Assembly: GCF_036588685.1 (NCBI RefSeq)
Contig: NC_086380.1
Location: 23,870,001 to 23,934,000, forward strand
Length of the DNA stretch: 64,000 bases
DNA from: Mytilus trossulus
Taxonomy: Eukaryota
Reading direction: 5' to 3'
Part shown: positions 26,701 through 37,210 of the stretch, in pieces
How the letters are laid out: the number at the start of each line of letters is the position of its first letter
How positions within the stretch are numbered: the stretch's first letter is position 1
Notes under the pieces: generated by a model
What the model was told of the DNA's origin: nothing
Database searches by the model: none
What the model saw: only the letters and a program-made list of their open reading frames with translations
Translations under genes and position numbers: made by a program

Positions 26701-29700
26701 GGAAGGTTCCGTAACGAAGCGCTACCAGAACGAATATGTGTACTGTGTGAAAAGCAAGAGATCGAAGATGAAAAACATTTTATTTTAAACTGTCCATGTT
26801 ATGATAAACTTAGACAAAGGTTTCTACCTATGGCCGCATTAGACAATTTTAGTGACAATAACGAAAAACTTATCCATTTATTAAAAAACTGTCAAATTCA
26901 AACTGCAAAATTTGTAAATTCGGCTTTTATTCATAGAAAAAAACAACTTTACTTCTAATTCTGTATTTTTATTTTGTAAATTTTTACGTTTTCGGATACG
27001 ATATCATATTGTTTAAAGTGACATATAGGTCCAATGGGCCGGGTGTAAATATAAAATTGCTATGTATATAATTGTATAAATGTATGTTGTGATACACATG
27101 TCACTATAATAAATAATTACTTACTTACTTACTTACTTATATACTGAAACACTTATAAACAAGGAATGACTAGAACTGTTTTAAAGAAATATATTCACTG
27201 ACATGTATGCTTCCTGACTAGAATATGATCATGAGTAGAGTATTTTCATCAGAAAAAATGTAGATATTAAAAATTTAGTAGACAATGTATTTTAAAGTGT
27301 ATTTTTAATAATAAAAAAAATAAGCCATTGAATCTTCCTCAATTGAAAATAAGGCAACTCAAAAAAGACTGTTTTCATATTTCTATAAACAATATTTAAT
27401 TATATATGTAATAAGGTTATATTTTGAAAGATATGTTGATGCCAGGCTTAAATGAAAACCAAAGAAAACTTGCTAGTTTGGGTTGAAATCCATAGCACCC
27501 CACTAATATGATTAAAGTAAATGGTCTGTACTGAAATGTTTTGACTGCATAAAAAAAATTGGCAGCATAGCTCCTAGGAACCTGTTTTAATTCAATTCAC
27601 ACAGGCCACAAAGCTTTGGTATATTTAATATTGTATAAAGAAAGAGAATAATTGCAATGAGTGGGGCAACTCCCCTTATCCTAAAGGAGCATACTCATTG
27701 CAATCCAAGATAGATTGAATATATTGTATATTTATTTTTCAAGCTAATCATTCATTTTCTCTACATGTTTGTGTAGTTTGGGTTGATTTGGCATGGTCTC
27801 TATCCATTTCAATTTCAAATGAGCTCTTTCTCCGTAAAGGCATGATAACATGTACATGTATCCATAAATTCATGGAGGAATGGTTTCATCTTTGTCTTCT
27901 TCACAACGATTTATAGAAAATAAGACATACTTCAAGCTGCTGTCGAATTGTTTAACCACTGAAATTGGTTTATAAAGTCAGGCTCAAAAGATTCTGTACC
28001 CGATTTGTTTGAGACAGAAAGTTGTTGAGAAAGATGAGTTATCATGTCAGTTCTTCTTCTTCTTCTTCAATGATATCATCAAAGACATCATTTTATGTGC
28101 CTGAATCTGTATAAACAGTTTACTATTCAACTTGTTTGTTTGTTATTAATCTTAAAATTGACAGAAGTCGACAGCGTTAAGTACTCCTCCATAACTTTTT
28201 ACCCTCCTACCTAGGAGTCTACTCCCGTATTCGGAAGAAGAACTTCATGGATACCTGTAAACAATTTCCATGTGCTTTATCATTAAACGGTCACATGAAC
28301 GCTTGACGGGAAGGCGAGAAAAACCGAACTTAAAACGTGTAATTGACCTAGACTGAAACCAATTCCGGAAAGGACCAGAATTTCCGGATCTCGTTTATAG
28401 AAGTATTAAAAATAATTTCTTCAAATTTAAAGCAATAAAATTTTCACAGTCGGGAGGATTTTCAAGGGTCGGTCGGTAAACTGCAAACAAACAATATTTT
28501 AATTTAAGCCTCAAAGGCTGTAATCATGGGAAATAACTCCTTTCTCAACTAGTGTTGTTAGAAACCTATCAATACATGTATAGAAAAAGCATTTTTATGA
28601 ATGTTTCAATCTTTATTTGAATTCTTTTAGATAAAATTTCTTGACTAATAAATTAGTCTCAGGTACTCGTGCCTTTATATGGGGACCAAGTCCACCAATT
28701 ACGGTAGGAAAAAAAATCAGGATTTTTTTTTCAAAATTTTGTATTCTAATAACATGACTAATGAACTCAAAATTGTTATTTTTTTTATAAGACTTTTTTC
28801 AATCCCTGCATTTGCGCAGAAATCTGCTCCCTTTTCCCGGTCTTCTTTGCATGAGGCCTTGAATAAATTGTATATTTATCAGTCTAGTTAAATATCGGAT
28901 TGAAACTCAACACCAATTCATTTTTAATAATTGTTTGATATGATTTGATACCTAATGTTTACATTGAATATGACATCATAACTTTAATAACGTCGCAGCT
29001 TATAAATCCCTAGCAACAGAACAAAAATCTGAAACATTACAGTATTTCTGTTTCTTTTATAAACATGTTTGAATTAAAAAAATTATTCAAACAGACTTCG
29101 TCCCCATTCACAGGTATAAATGCCTGCCTCATAAGTCATATTATGCCACGTTTTTTTATTTGTTGGTTTACAGATCCGCCGACCCGATTTTGCCGATTTT
29201 CAGAAAGAAAAAAATAATTGATTTTTCATGCTTTTTTATTCAGGCTGACCCTTAAAAATGCATTATCCCTGAAAAATAATTAAAATTTTCTTTTATTATG
29301 AAATGAAATGCATTAATCATTAACAAAGTTGATAACACTTTCTGTTGTGAAAAATAAAACTTCCAATTTACGTTTCTAAAAATAGACAAATCAATTATAA
29401 CTGACCTTGAAATGTTTTTTGCGCAAATAATTTTGCGGAATGAAACCTGTGTTTAAAACCAATTACAAATAAGTTCGTTTCCCTTATTTGTCATCAGTCC
29501 GTAAGATGCATCATCTCAGAGAAATAGACTTATCCGGAATACATCAAAGTACCGGTACTGAATAATAACAAATCATTTGAAATTTTCTTGTTTCATAGAT
29601 AACAAAAAATATCGATCATTGGGATGAAAAACCGGATTGCATGACAACTGATTAACCTGATATTGTCGTTTTTCCAGTGGATGAGTCTATGACGTTTTTC

Positions 29701-30559
29701 GACATGTGTGTTGAAACTAATTTTTGTACGACGTTTTTATATATTTTTTCTTTATCGTTTTTGTGCTTGAACATCATTATTCACCAAGTTTTCTGGAGTT
29801 GATTGAGAGCTACGTGAATCTGTTTTTCTTGTTTGTGAAATGACGAGTTAATTTCATCTTTGTCCATGCAACCCCCCTTTTTTACAGGAAATTATTAAAC
29901 GATGTCATGCGATGTTCATGATCACTGATCAATAATATTTCATCGAACTTAATGTTAAATAATGATGACAAAACAGCAAAATAAGACAAACATTTTGTAA
30001 GAAAGGTGAAATTTATATTTATTTTGCATATTTTTTCTGTTTTGAAAGATTTTTTTTAAATTTTTTTTTCCCCGACCGACCGACCTGACTATTTGATGCG
30101 AAAAATCCGTAAACCAACAAATTAAAAAAACGTGGCCTTAGCATTACACTCTCTGGTTACAATACACCTTATCGCTATTCCCGGCTGACCCGGCCGCTTG
30201 AACTTTTGGCGCATACAACAATAACTTTTTCATTGTGGCGTCGGCTATTTTGTTTTATGATGTCATAATTTTACGGGAACCTGTGTGATATCCAGTAATG
30301 GCGGACAAATACGATAAGGTGTATATCACCAAACAAAGTTACAGAAGTGTCACTTCTATGTGTTACCTAATGTTTCAAACTTTTTGGAGCTAATAAGACT
30401 CTTTCTTTTTACTTCAGATGCTGGAACAGTAAATTTGTGTATTGAAGTTTGCAAAGACTTATTTTTGCTAGAATTCTGGTTAGTTCTTAATTTTTTTGCT
30501 GTTTTCTTGTCATTCGCTTCTTCTGTATTTTTTCTTTTGGTTGTTTTAGTTTTAGCCAT
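20756..30559 (-). CDS. CENPQ: Centromere protein Q-like (CENP-Q/Okp1 family), 7 coding exons, 216 aa
   Basis: Exons 30559-30367, 25632-25533, 24653-24576, 23884-23809, 23548-23472, 22405-22342, 20818-20756. All GT-AG and phase compatible (651 nt). Lys-rich N-terminus, then KNWKVIHQSTQEYIGECLETGVRIILS...LQDKLSETVKGIKDQLKKLRAPVKSYGDI, a coiled coil, and LHPFL...LHIPP. This parallels vertebrate CENP-Q (W.PLS.ST...L...M...I..ILS...LKVP) from memory. The gene structure is firm; the family call is less so. Confidence 0.72.
21199..22180 (-). mobile_element. HINE-like element with ~150-bp internal tandem repeats and (GTC)n
   Basis: Repeated TAGGAATTA.GGG.CAAAA / ATAACTTGT units, CGTCGTC microsatellite near one end, T-rich flanks. 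Confidence 0.6.
26018..26327 (+). mobile_element. HINE-like element with (GGAC)n microsatellite and 3' hairpin
   Basis: ACAAGAATGTGTCC head, (GGAC/AGAC)n at 26222-26275, ATGCCCC..CTAC...GTAG..GGGGCAT stem at the end. Confidence 0.7.
26416..28510. mobile_element. Non-autonomous PIF/Harbinger-like DNA transposon, 3-bp TCA TSD
   Basis: tca|GGCCGACCTTAAAAATATGTTTGTTTGCAGTTTTCCGAC ... GTCGGTAAACTGCAAACAAACAATATTTTAATTTAAGCC|tca. Confidence 0.7.
26692..27139 (+). mobile_element. 5'-truncated LINE (ORF2 C-terminal CCHC zinc knuckle, 3'UTR, (TTAC)n tail) nested in the Harbinger-like element
   Basis: Open frame 26692-26958: IETGRFRNEALPERICVLCEKQEIEDEKHFILNCPCYDKLR...*. AATAAA followed by a (TTAC)n tail at 27117-27138. 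Clade uncertain (RTE-X/L2/CR1-like). Confidence 0.85.
29144..30137. mobile_element. PIF/Harbinger-like MITE, TTA TSD
   Basis: tta|TGCCACGTTTTTTTATTTGTTGGTTTACAGAT ... ATCCGTAAACCAACAAATTAAAAAAACGTGGCC|tta. Confidence 0.75.
30165..30321. mobile_element. MITE, second copy of the 751-896 family
   Basis: Same TIRs, TA flanks and internal TTTTACGGGAACCTGTGTGATATCCAGTAATGG. Confidence 0.8.
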
Positions 30560-30621
30560 ACTCAAGTGATCTCAAGTGCTGCTACATATGTGGTATAAAG
30601 ATAGATTCATGGCATAAAGTG

Positions 30622-30704
30622 ATTTCAATTTTCGCAGAAAATAATTGTTCAATGTCAATTTTCAACTTTTTGTCATTTTAGACTTTACTTGATTTCAAAC
30701 GCAG
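30622..30704 (-). promoter_or_regulatory. Candidate CHR / E2F-CHR-like elements upstream of the CENP-Q-like gene
   Basis: The minus strand reads TGCGTTTGAAAT (CHR core TTTGAA at 30699-30694) and GCGAAAATTGAAAT (30635-30622), within 140 bp of the ATG. These are short motifs in AT-rich DNA, so support is weak. Confidence 0.3.
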
Positions 30705-31335
30705 AACAGATGGAAATAAAAAATCTAGTTTTAGACTCGTATCCGGATTACATATGTTTCAGCTGTCAAAGATCTACTACAAACAAGAGAAGTGGATTAG
30801 TTTTTAGGTATAATGACATGTCAGTTCCCTCAGAACACTCATGCAGTGACATATGCAGTCATTTTATGCAAAGAATATTTATTTTATCTGCACAGTCTAA
30901 TATTTTTACTTTAAATATCTGTTCAAATTTCATGATCAGTACATCATCATGATCATGTTCACAGTTCATCAAAGATTTCTTCTGACATATATACATCTAT
31001 GTAATTCTAGAGCGTCTGAGCCTCAATAAGAACTTTTTTGGTGAGTGAGTGTCATGGCCAAGCGAGAAAGCTTCATATTGTGTTCAGAGGCTGATATTTC
31101 ATTGTTTGATTTTACTATTTTAAAATGTAGAGAGTGTCATTATCTATATATTAATATAGCAGTGATTGCTGTTCATGTGTAGAAGAAACTTGATAAAAAT
31201 GATAGTTAATAGCAAATACACTTTATTTATGATATACCTATGTTCATAGAAATGGTATACAGAAACACAAAAATCATGGAATTTAACAGAAAACAAAAAA
31301 ATAACGGTCTTTAGAAAAAAGAAGAGTACTTGAAA

Positions 31336-31554
31336 GGGGGTCTCATTGGGGGGTTCCGATCCCGGATCCCTGTTTTGTCAGATTCCCGTATCCTGCTTAC
31401 ACTATGTATGTAACCAATTCTCATTTTTTTGTCATTTCCCGGGTCCCGCAAGACCTCATTTCCCGTTTTCACGACACAATAATTTGACTTTCACGTTTCA
31501 CGCTTACGAAAAATCGGCAATCCCGCGTCACGCTTAGACCCCAATGAGACCCAC
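31336..31554. mobile_element. MITE with GGGTCTCATTGGGG TIRs and TTGAAA direct flanks
   Basis: ttgaaa|GGGGGTCTCATTGGGG ... CCCCAATGAGACCCAC|ttgaaa. Confidence 0.75.
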
Positions 31555-33112
31555 TTGAAATAATTGTCTTGTCTTAAAGTACCTATGACTTTTGATACCT
31601 TTTCTAAAATTCTCCAGACATGTCACATACAATCTTATACAATAATTCATCCTACAGCAATATTAACATACTTTCAATCAAGCTCTAAATGCCCGCTTTT
31701 TAGCAGGTGTGTTCTAGTATTTTTCATTACACATTTGATTTAATCTGGCAAAAAATAGCCTAGTACATGCAAATTATCAGCAAAATTTAAATATAGGATC
31801 ACAACTGTATCATCTGCCCTTAAAGCTGTGACTTACCAGGTTTAATTTAGGTGAACGAAGACTTTATATATAATGGTATTAAGACTGGGCTAACATGTAC
31901 ATGTAGTCTAAACCTCTCATAAAACTCATGTATGCTAATTATATAAATATACACCATTCTTGTGTATTTTATCTTACTATGTTAGTTACTTACTGTATTA
32001 CTTTGTTCATCTATCATTTTATCATCAGGCTAACATGGCTATCTGGTTTTATATTTTTAAACATTCTTAAAAGAATTTTACTTGTCAAGACAAATGTGAT
32101 ATCTTATTCATTGACATTTGGTGCCAAAATATTTGTGACCAATTTATCTATTTGTGAAAATATTGAAATTATTATGACTCATATGAGAGAATTTAATTCA
32201 GAATTGGTATTAAAGGTGTGAAAATATTATAAAGAGATAAAATTTAAGAATGAAATTATAAGAGTAATTGTTATCATGGTTATTATCTTTTAATATTAAT
32301 TAATGTGGATGCTGTCACTTTTCATGCTTATTGTTAAAGGTATGAAATGTCATTTTAAATAGAGTATTGCTGCTAATTTGTTTTGTTAATTGAGTATTAT
32401 ACATTTTCAATTTTTAGTATAAATATTAGTTGTGAATTTGAAATATTCAGAACGAACACCCAATTGAAAAGAGAACATACAAATATAGGCATGTTTGAGA
32501 TGGACACAGTAGGAGTTTTAATGTAATGGCTGCTGATATTGCTCTTTGTATTGTTAGACTATTTAGTACTTTGGTTGGAATGAAATTCATACCTGTCAAC
32601 ATTTCTAAAATGCCCATGGGGGTTTTATGTGCAAGATAGCTTTCATAGTCATAAAAAAAAACCTTAAGAGATGCCGTCTAATAAATTTTAATGTTGTATA
32701 TATATTTGCATCTCCATATTTTTAAATACTATACCGATTGTTTTGTTTTATATTGAGGACACAATTGATATTTAAAAATTTCTGTTTGAGAGCCTTCAAT
32801 TGGATATTTGTTAACTGCTCCCTAGTTATGTCATTGAATTGGTGACCTTAACAAAATGTTAAAGACTTAAATGATTTTCTAATTATTTTACAAATAAAAT
32901 CATGACCCTGTATCATAAGGGGAGCCAACCCAGTTTTACACATCCTTCCTTTTTACCTTAAGGTAAGAACAGCAATCTGATTTAAAATTATACCACTGGT
33001 GTAAACTTGAGGTGCATTTGTCAGTCCTACATGTCATATAAATCTGCTGCAATTCGAATTAAAGAAATATCAAAATTTTAACCTTTATTTCAGGAAAAAG
33101 ATAAATATAATC

Positions 33113-35644
33113 ATGGAGGTTGATGAAGAAAACCATCAGCAGTGCCCTCTATTGGATTCAAACATATGGAGAACCAGATCAACAGTCACTTCATGTAACA
33201 GCTTTATGTTGCAGAACAAAGTAGCTTGTGATATAACCTTCACACTAGGTTCTGAAAGTCAAGAGGTTGTGGCTCATAAATATGTATTAATAAGCAGGTC
33301 ACCAGTGTTTTATGCAATGTTTTGTGGACCAGTAGCAGAGAGCTCTGATGTTATTAGTGTACCAGATATTGAACCAGATATATTTCAATCTTTATTAAGG
33401 TGAGTAAGGGAAACAAACAAATAAAACTCATGCATATCCTCATTTCTATTTTTTTAAAGTTTTGACATGAATGTGTCCTTTTTTTCCACCAGATTTTATT
33501 TGTCATCTTTATATATATATATAGCAGGGTTAAAGAACATCAGTTGTTCGACCTGTTAGTCAAATGCGTTTTATTTAAATATACTTTTTCACTTTTTTGG
33601 TCTTTTGGAAAATGTTGTTTGTGCTGTTTTTAGACCCTTCTACAATGAAATTTGTTTGACATGCACACGTATAAAAATTGCGGTTTTTATCCAACGCAAT
33701 CATAGGTTTGAACGTAGTTTTCAATTTAGACTCGTATATATATATATATATATACAACTCGTCTTAACATCAACCCAACAATGTTAGATCTGTAAATTTG
33801 CTTTCGCAAATTTTTGGTTCTTCCCTCGCCGGGATTCGAACCCATGCTACTGTGATATCGTGACACCAAATCGCCTGCACTGCAGCCGTCCCGCTATATA
33901 TATAAAATGACTGAATAAATAGTCAACGATCAATCTTACAGGGCGATGGATCATGTAATATGATTCTGTACACTACAAAATATATTATATAAAAAGTCAA
34001 AAAGGGTACAACATCACCATAAAATAACTATAAAATATACAAATATTAGATATTTCGGATAACAGATATCCTTCTTCAATAATAGCACGATGTCAAATGA
34101 ATCATGTCAATTCAAATCGAGACTCTATCAAAATCTATTTTTATTTTTGGCATATTTCTGTAGTCTTTGCGGTGTGTTTGGAAATTTTAAAATTGTTCCA
34201 GCGTTCGCTTAAATTGTATAAATCAAGATTTTGATAGAGTCTCGATTTGAATTGACATGATTCATTTGACATCGTGCTATTATTGAAGAAGGATATCTGT
34301 TATCCGAAATATCTAATATTTGTATATTTTATAGTTATTTTATGGTGATGTTGTACCCTTTTTGACTTTTTATATATATATTATCACAGTAGCATGGGTT
34401 CGAATCCCGGCGAGGGAAGAACCAAAAATTTGCGAAAGCAAATTTACAGATCTAACATTGTTGGGTTGATGTTTAGACGAGTTGTATATATATATAAGTA
34501 CGTCTGAGTCCTTTACTATAGATAATTTAGCTGATCTGTAAAACAATAACATCTTCATGCCTTATATATCATGTACTGTAGTACGTCGATAGATTAAAAC
34601 TGACGTGGAAAGGTAACACATGCCCACCGAAAGCTCTTTTTTGAGAGCCCAGGTGGTCGTGTGGTCTAGCAGGACGGCTGCAGTTCAGGCGATTTGGTGT
34701 CACGATATCACATAAGCATGGGTTCGAATCCCGGCGAGGGAAGAACCAAAAATTTGCGAAAGCAAATTTACAGATCTAACATTGTTTGGTTGATGTTTAG
34801 ATGAGTTGTATATACATTATGTACACAGCCATGTATCACTATCATTGATGGCGATCCGATGGAAACATCTGTTGTAGGGTTGTCACTGACTCAGACGTAC
34901 TTATATATATATATATTTAAATGTCTAAGAATATAACTAAAACACACTAATTGATACATTAAAAAGTTCTATTAGATGTTAAATAGAAATACGCAATATT
35001 TCGCTAAACAAATTAGCTTCATCAGGCGTGTGCATCTCTAAAGGTGAAATCGGATGCATGACAGAAAAATACTTTTGTAGCTTAATCTATACAAGATTTG
35101 AGGGATGGGTGTAACATATTAATTCGGTCATAAAACATGTTTGTAGCTACAACTACATGAAGTTGGAATAAAAGTTTAACACATTTATAGATGTTCGATT
35201 AATTGTATGAATTTTTATAAATTAATTTGTATGATTTCAAGATAACTATGGTTTTGATTTGCTTTGAAATCTTTTTTCGTCTCTCTCATTGAGTCCATCA
35301 GGTTCAAGAGTTCGTAACTGGTGCATCCAAAATCTCTCTCTTTTTTGTCTTCCTTGTGTATCCCAATTTTGATTTTTCTCAATGATTTGAAATGTGATGT
35401 TTTCAAAATCATGTCCTGCTCTTAAAAGGTGTCTTGTAATTGGGCAGTTCCTTTCTTTTGTATAAAATGACTGATTGTTATTTAGTCGGATGTTAAATGG
35501 GGTTTCTGTTTCACCAACATATTGTAATTTGCAAGTTCCACACGTTAGAACATAAATGCAATTTTGCGTTTTGCAATTATTTTCACAAACTGATCCACGC
35601 TTAATTAGATTGAATGTTGATTGTTGCTATTTTTAGACATTATA

Positions 35645-35682
<38 letters not shown>

Positions 35683-37210
35683 TTAGGCCTATGAGTAAAT
35701 GATAAACTTATTTCTAGAAACCAATACAATATATAGATTTAAAAAGTATTCTCTGCATTGTCAGATGGTTTTTAGTAAGTACATGTACCACTTTATTGTA
35801 TGGCAAAACTTTCAAGAGACATTATGTTTGACTATTGTTGATGTGATCGTTGTTGTATTAGAAGGCAACTTGATTTCCAGTTTAACATTTAGAAAGAATT
35901 ATGCTTAACTTTACTTAAATAAGATATTTACATTGTTTTATTTATGTTCGGAAAATTGTGACTGGTAAGGTTTTTGAAGAAATAAAGCTCATGTTTTAAA
36001 TTTCAATAAAATTATTTGTATGCAGCATTTTCTTAATTTAATATTTAGTTATCTTGCAATTTTGTTTATTTTTCACAATCACCATTATTAATGCATGCAA
36101 GCTTAAGACTAGCAAACATTTCTGAATTTTCATTATGAATTTTTATATTTCAGCTATCTGTATTGTGATGATGATTCTGTTGTTGATAGTGATTCTGTGA
36201 TGGCATTGTTATATGCGGCCAAGAAATATTCTATTTATAGCCTTGAAGATGTGTGTAAACAATTCCTCAAAGACAACATTAATTTCGACAATGCATGCCT
36301 AATTTTAGAACAATCCCATGCATTTGATGAGAAAGATTTATACGAAGAATGTCTGAAGTTTATATGGAAGAACGGTGAAGAAATATTAGAAATGAGCTGT
36401 GTTAAAGATCTCTGTGAGAAATGTATGCAAGATATCATTGCTTCTGATGCACTGAATGCCGATGAAAAACTTGTTTATGAATGTGTTGTATCATGGTCAG
36501 AAATACAATGTATAAAGAAAAAGATGGAAGTAAATGATCAAAACCAACGAGAAGTACTTAGTAACATTTTGTACCAAGTAAGATTTCCGCTGATGCCCTT
36601 ATCATATTTCGCTGATCATGTTTCAGAGAAACAAATATTATCACCTGAAGAAAAACTCAACTTATACAAATACTTGTGTCAGAGCAGATCAGGGGCAGTA
36701 ACTCCATTTATTTCACGCTATAGAAGTAAGAAAACAAGTTTACATTGTAAGAGGTTTAAAGGTATGGTTGATAGTAGTGATTGGGTCCAAAAGGGCAAAA
36801 AGGATGCTGTATCATTCAGTTGTAGTGTACCAATATTGATGCATGGAGTCTGTATGTACCGATCAGGACTTACTGGCGCCCCCTATGATATCAGATTAGA
36901 ACTCTATGATGAAAGTGATAATCAGCTGACATGTGTTCATCGTACAGAAGATACAATTGAAAGTACGGTTGAAGGGAGATTTCTGTTTCCTGTTTTATTT
37001 GATCAGCCATTGAAAATCCTCTCATGCTCATATTATACAATTGTTGTAAAAATGATTGGGCCAAAGAGTTTTTATGGCGAGCGTGGGAGGAAGAAAGTAG
37101 TATGTGGTAATGTTACATTTGAATTCATCTCTGCACCAAATAGAAGTACAAACTCCACCAATGTGTTCACTGGGCAAATTCCTGTCATCTTGTTTTCTCC
37201 ATGGCTGTAA
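33113..37210 (+). CDS. BTB/POZ-BACK-PHR domain protein (BTBD1/2/3/6-like Cullin-3 adaptor), 2 coding exons, 447 aa
   Basis: Exon 33113-33399 (CDITF..G....VAHKYVLISRSPVFYAMFCG...PDIEPDIF; AG|gtgagt) joins exon 36154-37210 (cag|C; YLYCD...LLYAAKKY, BACK with VRFPLM, PHR ending TNVFTGQIPVILF). Acceptor at 33093 and candidate 5'UTR donors at 31040 and 32962. Confidence 0.93.
34044..34084 (-). ncRNA. Inverted copy of the same hammerhead-like motif
   Basis: Exact reverse complement of 34278-34318. Confidence 0.55.
34278..34318 (+). ncRNA. Minimal type I hammerhead ribozyme-like motif (C3U variant)
   Basis: tatta TTGAAGA a ggata tctgt tatcc GAAA ta TC taata: stem I tatta/taata, stem II ggata/tatcc, predicted cleavage after C34313. 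Confidence 0.55.
34496..34902 (+). mobile_element. TIR-bounded element in (TA)n carrying a tRNA-derived (SINE-like) Pol III module
   Basis: AAGTACGTCTGAGTC at 34496-34510 and GACTCAGACGTACTT at 34888-34902. A-box-like TGGTCGTGTGG at 34654 and B-box GGTTCGAATCC at 34721. Partial copies at 33750-33895 (-), 34383-34487 (+) and 47478-47784. Confidence 0.7.
34920..35640 (-). mobile_element. Penelope-like retroelement 3' fragment: frameshifted GIY-YIG endonuclease and 3' region
   Basis: Minus strand from 35578: NCKTQNCIYVLTCGTCKLQYVGETETPFNIRLNN, then after a frameshift CPITRH...HDFENITFQIIEK...RERFWMHQLRTLEPDGLNE. Confidence 0.85.
34991..35029 (-). ncRNA. Minimal type I hammerhead ribozyme (Penelope-type)
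   Basis: Minus strand: acgc CTGATGA a gctaa tttgt ttagc GAAA ta TT gcgt. Canonical core, stem I acgc/gcgt, stem II gctaa/ttagc, palindromic AATATT stem III. It lies 3' of a GIY-YIG fragment on the same strand. Confidence 0.7.

Larger units (their letters stand above)
33991..34371. repeat. Perfect 146-bp inverted duplication of a Penelope-like terminal segment
   Basis: 33991-34136 is the reverse complement of 34226-34371, with an 89-bp spacer; each arm contains a hammerhead-like motif. Confidence 0.85.

Noticed and set aside
34646-34745. tRNA gene
   Set aside because: A and B boxes are present but too far apart, there is no proper cloverleaf, and it is embedded in a multi-copy element; treated as a SINE-like module.
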